Shown: positions 11,656 to 25,266 of the stretch, one piece after another
How the letters are laid out: the number at the start of each line of letters is the position of its first letter
Numbering within the stretch: the stretch's first letter is position 1
NCBI GenBank assembly: GCA_051047955.1
Contig: JBPGPT010000010.1
Location: forward strand, 434,001-498,000
Length of the DNA stretch: 64,000 bases
Direction of reading: 5' to 3'
Source: Cystobasidiomycetes sp. EMM_F5
Lineage: Eukaryota
The notes under the pieces: model-generated
Told to the model about the DNA's origin: nothing
Seen by the model: the letters and a program-made list of their open reading frames with translations, nothing else
Databases searched by the model: none
Position numbers and translations under genes: made by a program

Positions 11656-11855
11656 CTGATGTCGGGCAGGGTGCGATAGTCATGGCAAGGGAAATCGTGA
11701 TAGCTTGCACATTTAGCTCGGCGCGAATGTATGTATGTATGTCGCGGTGACTTTTCGGGTTCGTGTTAGCCGGCGCAATTTGCGAAATCAAAGTGACGTT
11801 CGTGTTGTCGGGTTGGCCTTCTGATGAGTATGAACACTTTGCCAACTTGACTATT

Positions 11856-12967
11856 ATGCAATTTGCCGTGCCTGCTGCTGACGATGCCCAACGGCTATCG
11901 CGGGTCGCGCTTAAACAACCTCTGTTGAAAGCAGTCCGGTATTGGATCCAGCTCCGACTGTTTCAATTTCTGCTCAAGGTTGCCCTCTGGCGTCGAAAGC
12001 AACCTGCATCCGAAGCTCCTACTTACAGCAAAGCTTACAGCGTCAGGCCTCATCTTCCTGTTCGCGTCTTCATCCCTCCCTCGTATAAGCCAGGCAATTC
12101 GAAACCGCTTCCTCTGCATATTGGTTAGTAGGGTGAACTGATTGATCATACTGGATACTGATGCTCGTTTCAATAGACGTGCACGGCGGAGGCTTCGCAC
12201 TATGTGATCCACGTGTCGATGATAGGGACAATTCCATTCTGAGCGGCAAGCATGGCATCTGCGTCGTCAGCGTGGCATACTCGCTTGCCCCTCGGTACCC
12301 TTGGCCTACTGCAGTTTACGATGTTGCGGCAGTTATCGAGGCGATTCTTGCCGATGAGACCTTGCCTGTTGACAAGGCGCGCGTCAGCGTCGGTGGCTAC
12401 TCGGCTGGAGGTAACTTATCCTTGACCGCTGTCCAGGTCAACGACTTGAATAAGCGAATCAAGGCCGTCGTTGCCATATACCCTTCATGTGACTGGCAGA
12501 CAAGCGTTTCAGATAAACTGGCAGACTCAAAACTAGCGCCTGGCAGGAAGGAGGACATGCTGCTCAATCTGTCACCAGCCTTTCAATGGGCGTATGTCAA
12601 TGTTGGCACAAAGTACAGTGACCCGCTGCTATCGCCTATCGCGGCCAAGCGCGAAGCTCTCCCGCAAAAGCTCTTTTTCCTCGGATGTGAATATGACATG
12701 CTTTGCGGTGAGGCCCGCAAAATGGCAGAGAATATGGCAGTCTCCGGGCCGGGGAAGGAGGAAACAGCAGACACAGAATTATCAGACGGCTGGGTGAACG
12801 GGGATGTACGCTGGATGCACCTCAAATCGGTCGAACACGGCTTCAATATGGTCTCTACCGGCATAAGTTCGGAAAAGCTACAAGATAACCGCAGGCGGGG
12901 ATATTACATGCACGAACAAATTGCAGGATGGCTGTATAACGAAGTATATGAGCGACCGCATCCTTAG
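11856..12967 (+). CDS. Hormone-sensitive-lipase family esterase (Abhydrolase_3), copy 2
   Basis: HGGGF, GYSAGG, CEYDML and EHGFN. The intron is at the same position as in copy 1 and long stretches are near-identical (VRPHLPVRVFIP, WPTAV.DVAAVI). Confidence 0.92.
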
Positions 12968-13093
12968 AAAGTGTACCTCCTCTTGTAACACCGTGAGCAG
13001 ATTGTCGCAAGATAACGTCAGAATGTCAGCACTGCTAGGATCGATGGTCTGTTTATTGAAGTTGCTGGCGTGTCGCTATGTGTTCACAACACA

Positions 13094-15750
13094 TCACTCG
13101 GTGACAATCTCTACGGTCTCTTCAATGACTTCCTCGATCCACTCCTCCAGTGTTGCGACAGCCTCATCCTCCTGTGATGTTGACGCGGGCGCTTTCTTGC
13201 CAAGATAGGCACGCTCTTCCTCCAGCGCAGCCTTTGTACGCTGTCTCCAAGTGTTCCATTCGTCCAACAAGCGGCGACGGTCAGCTTGAAGCTCGCTTGA
13301 CACGTTCATATCCTCGAGCTGGTCGACTTCATCAAACTCGCGGCCATACTTGCGCAGGTTTTTGACAATGGCTTTCTGCTGGGCAGCCGGGAGCAGGGTG
13401 CGCGGCCTAGGTCGCCAAGAGAATTGCTTGAACTTGTCTAGAGGCGTGTTCTTGTAGACTTCAGTACCTTTGAAATCATAGACAGAGAAACCAGGCTCGA
13501 TCTATACGTCAGAGTCGCATCAGCACATCCGAAATACATGGCTATACGAAGCTGTTCGCGTACCGAGGTGTGCCAGACGGATCCCGAAGCCGTGATATAC
13601 CTACCACTCGGGTCCCACTCGACATTGGTCAAGCCGTAGTGCTCGATAGTGTTGAGCTGAGCAACTCCCGATCCCGTCGGTGGATCTTTGCTGATGACAG
13701 TGTCCGAAGTGCCAGACTGTTTGGTTTCACGATCGAGTTCGACATCCCAGAAGTCGAGCTCGAATTTGCTCGTCGAGCCGAGGGTTGCAAAGACTACGTG
13801 TCGTCCTCGGGGCGACCATACTATGCGATTGGATGTCCGCTGATCCAGCGTTTTCAACAGGACAAAGTCGCCCTTACGAGGATCAAGCTGGTAAAAGCTG
13901 ATAGCTGTCCTTATAGTGATACCTACCATGTCGGAGCCGAGATTCGGGTCATTTGAGGTAATCAAAGCGAAGCGGTCACCTTTCGGCTCCCAGGCAAACT
14001 CGATGATTGTGTCCTTGATCTCAATGACTTGGATCGGAATAGCTTTCTCGCGCAGACGGAAAAGCTCAAGGTTGGATCCGGTTGCCTTCTTTGTCCTCGT
14101 TATACGATCAGCTCGTACGCAAAGGTAGTCTCCGCGGTTCTGCCAATAAAGCTTGCACTGAATGGACAAAAAGTAAATACGTGCGTAGCTCGCGGCAGAG
14201 CACCGCATTCACTCACGTCAGATACGTTGAAGAGATTTTTGGTTCTGATTGTTTCCCTGGAGGGAATACCCATGAGAGACACACGCGCAGGCTGATTCTG
14301 ACTTTCTGGTACCCAGTACGCTAGTATGTTCTCTCTTTCCTTCTTCTTGGACGCCGCCTTTTTGCCAGCATCTTTATTCTCAGCACTAGGCTGTTCAGGC
14401 ACTAATGCACCTCCGCGCAGCTCGTCCTCGACTTCGGCAAGATCAGAATCGTTGAGCTGCGCCCAATCGAAATCGACAACTCCCTCAATCTTGACTCGTT
14501 TCCTGTCTAAGAGAGTCATGCTCGGGACAGAGTAGATGCTAATATCTTGGCCTGGAGTGACGCGAGCGAAATATCTTTCGTCGGGAGACCACTTGAAGAT
14601 AGGCCATGTGAAGACTCTCTTTCTCTTCTCAACGCTTTCGTCTGCAGGCCCATTGCCGTCCTGATGATCGCTTCCTGCATCAATCGGGAAAGTCCGGACG
14701 AGCGTGTTTGTCATGATCTCCCAGATGGCAATATGGTGCCCCTCGTTATCAGGGGTGAATGGGCCAACCGCTTCAATGGGCACAGGTGAGAGGGTGACAA
14801 CGTAGCGTTCGAAAGGTGAAAAGTCGAGGTAGTTCAGGCCAGGATGGGAGAAGCGCTGTATGCGATTAAAGGACGGCCCGCCCCACAGTCCTAGGCCTTG
14901 CTTGTGCAGAGTGGCCAAGATAGCTCCTGATGGTGACCATTGTGAGTATGCCTCCGTCCAGTTCTGCGAAAGCATAGCTGAATGAGTATGAGCAGACAGT
15001 AAGCAGACGGATGAGACGCACGTCTCGTGTGTGGTCCAAGTCCAGCTTGTGTCCCTTGTGATTCCAAATAATCTGCAGAGTCCTGTCGCGGAGTACTGCC
15101 ATTTGATCGCGACCTTGAGGATCCGCCAGCCAGCCTTTGCGATGCTCGCTCGGCACAAAGTCGGCAGAGTCATCTTCGGGGGCTTCAAACTCGTCCTGAA
15201 TGTTCTGAATGTCTGGGATGGCAGACATCAGTACGCAGGTCGTTGAGTGCTTCTTGTCGAAACTGTCTGAAAGTCTGGTTACAGCATCCGCTGCTTGCGC
15301 CGCAGTCGGCAGAGTCAGAAAGAGGAAGCCCTTTGATGATCCATTGCTGTCGAGTGGCATGTCGATATCCTTTTCAGATACGTCAAAACCCCGTTGTCCA
15401 ACGAATTTCTGGATGAAAAAGGTGAAGAACCGAGCCTGGCGGTCGGCGGGAACTACAGGTAGCCCATCGACGACAATTGTGCGTGTCAACCTGTGCGGGT
15501 GTAACGACGTCAGTCATGGGCAGTCGTGCCATGCTAGACCAGGGTTGTGGGCCTGATTGCAGACTCACGGGTCCTCGTAATGCACGGCGTAGCTATGAAT
15601 GGGTTGCAGAGGCATTAGATCAGGATGGTACTCATTTCCTCATTATAAAGGACAGTGTCCTCACCGCTCGTGGATGTCGCTGTAGTCAATTTCGCCGTCG
15701 AGATCATAATCATCGTCGCGCTCAGTGTAGCCGTTCAGTGGGATTGCCAT
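13094..15750 (-). CDS. PRT1: Translation initiation factor eIF3 subunit b
   Basis: N-terminal acidic segment (DYSDI), RRM (IVVDGLPVV...SKGFLF), beta-propeller motifs (WSPSG, WPIFKWSPD, FAWEPKGDRF, EWDPSGRY, FSWRPRP) and C-terminal EEWIEEVIEETVEIV. Confidence 0.95.
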
Positions 15751-16084
15751 TGTGCGTTCAGCTTCTCCAGCACAGTCACAGCTGAGGACCTGTGCTGCTA
15801 GTCGTGTATGCAAAGTCGCGGTACGTGCTGCTGCTCAAAGGGCAAGCGAGTCTTGACTTTCGAATTTTCAATGCAAGTCTTTTTGGCCTTCAAACGAAAC
15901 AAACATGGATTGAAGATAGTGCGCAAAGGCTGAGATACTTCAACATGACGCGATACTGAATGATGGCGCTCGTTAGCATTCACTGCATGCTGCAGCAGCA
16001 TTTCGACGGTCAAGCTCGATCGATGTCTGACCAGACCACACCGCTGTTGAGACATCTTGCCAGGACACTGACGAGGCTGAACTG

Positions 16085-17231
16085 ATGGGGGAGCTTCCTA
16101 CGGCCAGCACCAGCGTCATGGGCGCCGCGGATATGTCTGATGTACCAGCGTGCGGTTATCTGTTACATCGATGACATCTATCCGTCTAACGCCAGTCTCG
16201 ACGCATCGTAGACCATGGGTTCTGAAGGCTGAGTGCTTCGTCTTCACGGGATACAAATGGTCTACTGTACTGCCACCGGGCGCCTTTGACCACCGAGAGG
16301 CGGACACTTTGGCAGGACACGGGGTGTCGCCTCTACACCGCGCTTTGTCCTCGCTTGTGATATTCCGATACACAGAGTCTCCAGTCGGTAGGTTCTTTCT
16401 GCTTGACTAGACTGTGTTGGCCAAGTATCACATTCTGAACGCCGCCCGGACGAACAGGTCCTTATGACGAACTCATGTTCATTCCCGGTTTCTTCACAGT
16501 TCCGGAGATGCTCAAGGACAGGCACGTCAATCTCTCCAGAATTCGTATCACACGGATCTACGTCTCGACAGATGCCAGTATATACAATGGCGAGTCGGCA
16601 CTTTATCTGCATCGCTTTGTCTCGTTAAATTAGACTAAGATTTGTGAGTGTCAGGACGCAGAAACTGGAATATCCCAAAGGTCAGTATCCGTTTGTGCTT
16701 TCTGATCTATTCGTTTGATTATCACGACTTCAGCACAAGGCCGACTTCACCTTCACCGCTGCTGCAGGAGCAATCGAAATCAGCATAAAGCTGCCCCAGT
16801 CAGATCGGCCCTTCTTTGCAGCTACAGTCACTCCTTCTTCCGCTATCCCATCCTTTCCCTTCAAATGGTCTTGGTTGCCCCTCAATTTTGCTCTGTGCCA
16901 ACCACCGCTTCCACACCTAAATAATGTTGAGGGTGGATCTACCATAGGCGACACTTCGTCGCGCTACGTTACAGACTGGAAAGAAACGGCCTTCTCACTT
17001 GATATGCGGGGTGCAAAGATTGCGTACCTGAATGCGAACCTCGACAATTTCGATGCAGAGTACGGGACAAGCGGTAAAAAACTGGCAGACGGGATCAACT
17101 TTCCAAACGCTACGCCCTTTGCAACAGGCTTGTACTGCAAGGCTGCTACTGTTCATTTCGACGAACCTCGTGTAGTGGAGGTACTCGTCAACCTCCCGAA
17201 AGCGGAGAAATTGCTAGTATCGCAATATTAA
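16085..17231 (+). CDS. Acetoacetate decarboxylase-like fold protein (conserved fungal hypothetical)
   Basis: The spliced product contains PAPWVL, IFRYTESPVGPYDEL and RITRIYVS...SIYNGRRNWNIPK, matching the ADC-family GR..W..PK motif. It needs a GC-AG intron at 16590-16654. Confidence 0.75.
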
Positions 17232-17638
17232 CTGCATTCCGCGCAACACGGACATCATTGTATGCGTACGGTTAGCATCGCCGCTAATATGTTGCTCCTG
17301 CGATACTGGGATGTTGAATTGTCTATAGGAAACTGACCAGCCTACCTTGCATCGATCACGTCCTACGCTTTTTACACCGCGATGCAGCGAGCTGACTGCA
17401 GCTGGGTACGAGTCTAACAGTCAAGAGTAGTGGTCGATGGTGAAAGACTGTATATGACATCCAAGATCGCACATTCTCCACATCATGTGTCCAGCTGACC
17501 ATACGAGCCCCGCGTCGATCTTCCCATATTCGCAACGCTGCCTTCCGCTCGTCTCATCTTTCTTTCCACCAATCATTAGTAGCGACTTCCAAAAGGTCCA
17601 TATACTACCCAAACTTTACGCGACTACCTAAGCTCCTC

Positions 17639-17957
17639 ATGTCAGGTAAAGGCAACCAAGGCAAAAACAACGCAGGCGGAGGTGGAGCAGGAGCAGGCGG
17701 AGGCGGCAAGCAGATGTCGCAATCGGATGCTTCGCGCATCCAGGGTGCCCAAGTCTGTCCATTTTGCTCTTTATGTCGTCACTATATCACGTATGCGTTG
17801 GGCTGCTGCTGAGGATATTTCCCGCCTTCTTAAAATCTTATCCCAGGCCCGTGGAGGTGGAGACATGAGCTCCGGCGGTTTCGCTGCTCGTGCCCAGGCT
17901 GCTGGCGACCGCAATGCCAACGCCGACGCAGGTGGAGGACAAGGTGGTAAGAAGTGA
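17639..17957 (+). CDS. Small Gly-rich SMP (seed maturation protein)/LEA-like protein, about 74 aa
   Basis: Two exons give MSGKGNQ...MSQSDASRIQGAQ|ARGGGDMSSGGFAARAQAAGDRN...KK*. The DASRIQ...GG.AARAQ.A motif is typical of SMP-domain proteins. Confidence 0.8.
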
Positions 17958-19193
17958 GAGGCGTCTCAAGTAAGCCTTGGTCTTCAGTCGCTGTTGTTGT
18001 TATGATGGTGATTCTGATGCTGCATTGACTTAAAGAGTTCAAGCCTTTCGAGAGTCTTTATCGAAATATCCAAATCTACTTTATGTACCCTTCAAGGACA
18101 GGACTACTCATCTTCAACGCGTCTAGTCTACTCCCACCCGTCACATCAACGCTTATTTCCCTTCTTCATCTTTCATGACTGCCAAGCTTGATTGCGTGTG
18201 ATATCTTTTCGCACGTACTCCAGCTTGTCAACCTGCATTGATGGGGATGTGGGATACTCGATGGTGTGGTATGTTTGAGTAAGTCAACAGCTTGAGGATG
18301 TGTAGGTCCTGTCGCGTTGTTCCCTGCGTGCGTTACACAATTTAGCCATTCAAGGCATATCCGTATCTTGCATTGGTCTGCGTTTGCCTGCCAGCGTTGC
18401 TCGCGTGCAGACGGACATGGTGTATATATAGCGGCATGGTGTGGTAGCAGCTCCATGGACATCGCAATGACGCGGATTGTGGCTACCTGAGTATTTTCAA
18501 CGGTCAACGGTTGCCTTCGTCCGAACAAGTGACCTCGACCGGTACCATTGCGCACTGACCATCCGTGACGCTGCAGTGCTTTGAACCCCAAAATTTGTTT
18601 GCGCACTGTCAATGAGCCAAAGCGGAGCAGCGCGTAAACGAGCGTCCGACAGCTGAGAAATATCCGTGTTGTCGTGTTTATTGTACTCTTGTTTCCTATT
18701 TTACACGGCAGCGCGCACGTTTCGCACGCCGTAACTAGGCAGAACCTGTCACTTGCCGACATCGACATTCCGTATTACGGCAGCCGTATCGTGCTTTATT
18801 GAGGAACGGCGCGCTGTATCACCGATCCAGCCATCGGAAAAATCTTGCAAGCACGCAGTGCGCAGCAGCAAGGCCGTCAAGGTGCCAACACTTGACTCTG
18901 GTAGTAAGGCGATAGCTCTTCGCCATTTCGGACGTCTGTGATCTTTTGGGATCAATAGTCGATGCCCCGCCTGGCTTCGGTTGTCGACTCCTCCAACTTG
19001 ACGCAGCTTGGTTTCCGACACGTCAATCCAACTCATGGAGTAAAAGAAGCTGCATTTAGCTCAGTCAAGGCATTCAAGGCTCAGTTGGTCGGACGGGAAG
19101 AGGCCTGGACCACAGCTACGCCCAAGCTGGCTCGACTGGTTCTTGTGGGATCTCGCGTGGCTATACGGCCAGAAACAGGGGTACTACCACAAT

Positions 19194-22100
19194 ATGGATA
19201 CAAATCCGATATACAACGACCGGCAATGGCAGCCAGTCAACGGCAGCAATGTAAACAGCGCTGAAACAGGCGCAGAGCCAGACTACGGTCAGGCGTATAC
19301 CCCTACGTCGTCCGTTGCAAGTCACGGCCCTGTCAGTCCTACCGCAATCTTAAACGGCTACTCGCGAGAGTCGATGGATACGCTCGTGTCAACAAGCACT
19401 GTTGTTCCAAATCAGCATGCCGCAAGCGAATATCCAGCCTCGCGGTCCGCGAGAAGCGGGACTCTGGCATCAGCCGCGTCTGTTCTGCCAGAGGATGATC
19501 AGGGTGAGTGATGTACTCGAGATCATACTCTAATGGATACTTACAGCATGTGTGACCAGGTTCCCCAAACCAGATAACTTCGAGACCCAGCCAACCTACA
19601 GGCGCCTTTGTGCACCTCGACTACTCTCAACCCACCAACGCCGCCGATGACGATACTATCAGATTATCGGGCGTGACTGGCCGCAAACCAAGCACCACAT
19701 TTCAGAACAATAAGCAAGATGTTGCAGAAAGCCATACTTTAACAAATCAGGCCGCAGATGCCGCGGAAATTCTGGAATTCAGTTCTTCACGTAATGCGAA
19801 CGATGTATATCTTGCCGGACCAACTGCCGCCCGCCCTCATCCGGCACGCAGTAGGTCTGACTCCGTAGTATCTATTACGTCGTCTTCGATCGATGCTCGA
19901 CCTGCTCGACCTGCTCGCAGTGCCCGACGGCCATCAGTAAGCAGCAGTAGTGGCAGTAATACAGGAGGCGTGTTGGAGGCCTTCAATCCAGACAACAGAA
20001 TCCGTACATCCGTAAGAACCGGAAGCATATCGTCTGCACGACGACCTTCCGTGAATCGAAATATACCGACCCATGCTGGCCCAAGTTCTTCAGCGGCTCT
20101 CATTAGAAAGACGACAAGTGCGAGTCACACAGCTGCACATGTCGACGGTCATATTAAAGGCGAGGTTTTCGACCGTCTCAATCAAGTCTCTCAGCAGCAT
20201 GGCAGGCCACAATCGCAGCTGGCTCGTGCGTACAGTCAGGGTACTGCGTCAAGACGATCCTCCTTCAATGCGAATCTGCCCAATATGCAAGACCTTACTT
20301 CTCATTCGTCTCTTACTGCAAACACGTCGTGTTTGACCACGGGAACGAGCATCTTTACAGATTTAAACTCGATGAGTGGCGCAAACAGCGTTACTACAGA
20401 TCCGAGAAGTTCCGTCTACTCTGCTGTCTCTTCGTCGGAATTTGAACGAGACAGGGAGCGAGAGATAGCATGGCATATAAATTGCGCACAAGGCGGACTG
20501 CATCAGCACCCAAATGCATCGGGGTTTTTCGAGCTCGAAGGTGAGCTCGCCAAGCACAGCAGTGTACTCGACAGAGCGAGTCAGTACGCAGTATCAGCAA
20601 GTGCTCCTGTACAACTGAGCGTTCCGGCTTTCAATGACACTCACCGTCCTGCTTCCCCTGCAACGCCTGGATTCGGATTAGGTATCACTGCAGATGCGGC
20701 AATATATCCGGATCAACCAGAAGATCTAGCCTCCATGCCTGTGACCGGTATCAATAGCCAATTTTCCGATCAGCAAAAACAGCCGTCTGCGCTGCCATCG
20801 CTACCACATAGCTCGGGCGTACAGTATGCGTTCGAGGCAGTTGTTGCGGTTCCAACAGCCACTACTGACGCTTCGCCCTCCGTCTCGCCTCAGCAGTCAC
20901 ATGCGAGTCGCTGGTCCACGACTAGGTCATACGTGCCACGCCGTAATACATCGAGCTCCACTCGATCAGCCGCAGTTTCGAGGACATCATCTTTCAACGA
21001 CCTGCAAGTGCAGGCTCGCCTTGATCTGCAAGCACAATCGCGCTTGCCAGTCTCTCCGCATTTGTATTCAAATGCCCGAAGGCCGTCTCCCAGCAGACAG
21101 ATCCTTGTTCGACAGCCATCCTTCTCTCTCGCCTTAAAAGAAAGCGTGGAGACTGACCAGGCACCACGACAACTTCTGGACAAGTCTTTGGCAGCCAGTG
21201 ATGCTACGGAAGAGTTGGTGGTCGGCTCAGCACCATTACAAACTGAAGCGATGGATGGTCAAAGCACCCTACGCAGCCAGTATGGAAGGACGAGGGGCAT
21301 GTCGGCTTCTTCGACCAGGTCCTATCATGTTCCTGCTCCGCTACAGATAATGTCTGGGCACATAAACCACCCTCGCACTCGCACTCAGAGTTCGCACAAG
21401 GGCCGGGAGAACTCACTATCCGCCTTCGACAACACTTTGCACAGTGCCGCCGCCTCTGCCGCCTTGGCCACCTTGTCGTATGCAGAGTCAAACAGGAGTA
21501 GCGAAGATTCCTGGGACCGCGCAGTCCTCCCTCAAGCTTTTACCGACGGACCCGCAGCCGCCGCACTCGAAGAGAAGCTCGGGCGACTCTTGGATGTACA
21601 GCCTGGCATTCGGGCGCTGTCGGTATCCGAAGGTCAAGCGGTTTCGCTCGTGGAGAAAGGCATACACATATTGACCAAGTTACAAGTCGGCCAAGTACTT
21701 CATGAAATGGAAATACCTGTTGAAACAACGCATCTCGAGCTATCGGGCTGTAGACAGCCTTTGGAGCTTACAGCCAAGCTTCAGACAGCTCTTCCGAACA
21801 TGAGCAGCAATCTCGTCGTGCTCGACGTTTCCTTCTGTAATCTCACATGCTTACCGGATGTGATCTCCATCTGCTCTCACTTGGAGGAACTGAATGTTTC
21901 GTTCAATCCTCTCTCGTCTGGCGCGCTACCGCAATTCCTGTCATTTCTCAAATCGCTTCGCGTGCTTGTAGCTGATAATTGTGGCCTTACCAATCTATCC
22001 CGCTCGCTTGCTCCGCTGATGAATCTGCATACCGTGTCTCTTCGCAATAACGCTCTGCGAGCCCTGCCATCCTGGCTATCGCAACTTCGAGACAGCTTGG

Positions 22101-25100
22101 AGACGCTGCTTGTGGACGGCAATCCCTTTGTGGCCGATTACGCAGAGTTGTGCGCGCCTTTATTGAAGTTCTCGGCTGGTCGGGGCATGAATCCGCCTGC
22201 AGTAGCAGCACCACCTTATACCGGACATGCAGGAGCGGCTACATTCGACGTCAATTCCGAGCACGCCTCGCTTCCAACGCTTTGCGATCTGTATTCTCAA
22301 CATCAGGGCCCAACGACTGTCTTACCGAATCCTCAACCTTCGCCCAACCCCACTCCTTTGTTCGCTTCCCCAACCCTATCAAATGGCTCTGAGCGTTCAT
22401 CAGTGTTTGAACGCGCCAGAACGCTCAAGAACAGACTACGACGCCCATCATTACTCGGAAACTCCGATCAAGGTTTTAGCAGTAATCGGCTTGACTCGTC
22501 GCTCTTGCAGGACGCTGGCTCTCTGCGAAGCCCACCATCCCGTCGCTCCAGTATCTTACGTTCAATGAAGAGCACCGGAGATCTGACACGACCGTCTCCA
22601 TCTCTTCAGTCACTTATTGAGTTCGACCACCGCGATCAAAGCGGTCTGTCCCGCAGCAACTCATTCTACAACACGCACAATGCTGTCTCTCCGCGTGCTG
22701 ATCATTCTGATACAGAAGACCATGCGGCCAGCTCCGTAGCGTCGGAAGATGAGGGCGACCAGGACAATGCCGAAGTAACACGATCGCGCAAGCCCAGTCT
22801 GTTCAAGAGGATCACGGGCAAGCTGTCGAGGAAGCGTTCTGCTGGACCGGTAGCGGCCGGTCTCAGCCCCGAATCCTCTGTCAAAAGTCCTCTGCCGACG
22901 CAATACATGTTTGAAACAGCTGGTGGCAGAGGTGGCGCACTCTCAGCAGTACCGCCGTTCATGACTGATGACACACGGAGCGTCTCAGATCCCACAATTT
23001 CTCTCTCTCAACGGATGCGCAAGAGTGTGAGCCGTCCATCCATCGTCAAGTCCGGCTCGTCTATGAATGCATCCAGAAAGCCAGGCAAAGGCAGCAAAAT
23101 TCCGGTCTCCCCGCCTATGGATGTCCCTTTTGCAGCTTGTCCGACCCCGGTCACGAGTCCCACTGTCAAGATGAATAGACGCCGGAGCTATTTGATGCTT
23201 AACAGCCCTCTTCCACCAGTGCTGTCTCCTGGACCGCTGACTTTGAGCTGGGGGAGCTCTCATCCCGAGGAGACGGGTAATGCGTCGAGCCCAATCGAGA
23301 CCATAAATGAAGAGGAGACAATCAATATATCTCGTTATATGGCTAGCCCGGTGACCATGCAGCCGATTGTCAACCAGAAAGCCGAGGTTGCAGAGCCTGA
23401 GACAACGACGGAGCAACGAAGGCTAGCTCTAGCCCCACTTTTGGCTTATCTGCAAGATTTGTACGAGCTGTGGCAGTCAGCGGAGGTGCTAGACCCGAAC
23501 AAACCAAGCCAAAATGAAACAGCACCTCACACACCGAGTCTAGGAAATACCAGTCGTGTCGTATCACGCAAGCCATCACTTGCTGCGATCTCTTCTACAG
23601 CGAGCAGTAAAGCTGATCGTACCTCTGGCTATGACAGCAGCAAAGGCTACAGTACTGGTGTGACTAGCCCTACGAGCGTGCAGACGCCAATTGTTTCCAA
23701 GGACAACCCGGTCAAACGTGAAGTAAGCAGCTATAGTTAGCTGCACTACCATTTTCCCGATCTCTGACCGACTTCTAATCTTCAGCGAATCATCAGCGAG
23801 ATAGTCGCGTCAGAGCGAAGCTATTTGGCGGGGCTCCAAGAGCTGGTAACATTGTATATCCAACCCGCCTCCGCACCGTTGAAATCAATTGGCTCTGGCT
23901 CGATTGAAACAGTAGTTTCAATGGCCGAACGTAGACGCGTGTTCGGCTGTGTGGAGAATATCATTGACTTTCACGCGAACGTGTTCTTGCCAGAATTGGA
24001 GCGAGCTGCACGACCTGTACTGGCTGATAGAGCCAGCAATAGCTCTTTGGATGATGCGGCTTTGCGTCGTGCAGCACGCGCTGTCGCCGAGGTCTTTATA
24101 CAGCATGCCGCCTTCCTCAAGTGAGTACGATGGCTTAAAGATCTCAGCGTGTACTGATACAAGGTCCGCAGGCTGTATCATTCGTACTGCTTGAACTACG
24201 AGATGGCTCTGAACAGGTTGTCAATATGGAAATCATTTGCTACGGGCGCTTCTGCTACTACTGAATCGGGAGCGACATCTCCGCAAGTGGGCGGTCTGAC
24301 CAAGTCACCTTCGTTCAACATATCGACACAGGAGAAGAAACGCATTCGGCATCTTCTCAAGCACGCGAAACGCGATCTCCGCCATTCGCAGATTGACTTG
24401 CAGAGCTATCTGCTGTTACCGATACAGCGGATACCGCGATATCGCATGCTCTTGGAAAATCTTGTCGGCTGTACGCCAGACTCTGTCGACTCACCACTTC
24501 CTGATTCACAGCTCTCCCAAGCACTGGAAGCCATGTCATCGCTTGCAAACGAGATGAATGAACGCAAGCGCGACAACGAAGGAAGGCAGCGCTTGGTGAG
24601 CCTTCCGGACTCTTTATCACGACATTGCTAACGTCGTTGGTGTTCAGCTTTACTGGCATCATCGTATAGACGCCTCTTTCGGCTCACCCTTGGTTCAGCC
24701 GCATCGAACTTTGCTCAAAGAGGGACAGATGACCCTCTCTCGCGTAGCGAAACGAGTTACGACAGTTGTTTCTGGAGGAAAAATTTTGCCTGACAGCTCA
24801 GTGACACTTCAAAAGATTGAAGTGCTAAACTTGGATGTTACGACGAAGAATTTGGTAGGTTGGATTGATAATGTCGGTTTTAAGCCGTTAGCTGAAGTCT
24901 GTCTACATCAGACTTATCTTCTGTGCTCCGACATGCTTGTCTTTGTTTTAACCCCAGATGGAGATCTACCCAGCACACCAGTAGAATTGTTTACTGTCTT
25001 GCGCTTGGGCAAATCTATAGGCGGTCCTGACCGACCTGCCGCCATCTTTGGAGATCAGAGTGAGTCTCATCTGGTCAGCTGGCCTTGCTGGAATCAGACT

Positions 25101-25266
25101 AAAGAAAGCATCAGCTCTACGTATCCGTGATGCACGAGCCATTCTTTACCTTCGTTGCAGTACTCCAGGCGAGGCTGCCGAGTGTCGGGATATCATCAAT
25201 CAGCAGAGCGAAGACAATGAGGTACCATTCGGTACTCCAGAAATGCTCAGTGGGCTGCGGCCTTGA
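19194..25266 (+). CDS. Large leucine-rich-repeat + RhoGEF (DH-PH) protein
   Basis: LRR block (LVVLDVSFCNL, LEELNVSFNPL, LRVLVADNCGL, LHTVSLRNNAL, LETLLVDGNP), DH motifs (EIVASERSYLAGLQEL...YIQP; LQSYLLLPIQRIPRYRMLL; MNERKR) and a PH-like region (LVQPHRTLLKEG). Long Ser-rich disordered linkers. Confidence 0.88.

Noticed and set aside
15596..15665. ATGAGGA...CTGA box C/D-like words in the first eIF3b intron
   Set aside because: The spacing is far too short for a snoRNA, and CTGA is probably branch-point related.
18166..18768. 200-aa minus-strand ORF upstream of the RhoGEF
   Set aside because: No recognisable domain, codon bias or splice signals. It is probably a chance ORF in promoter DNA, although transcription cannot be excluded.
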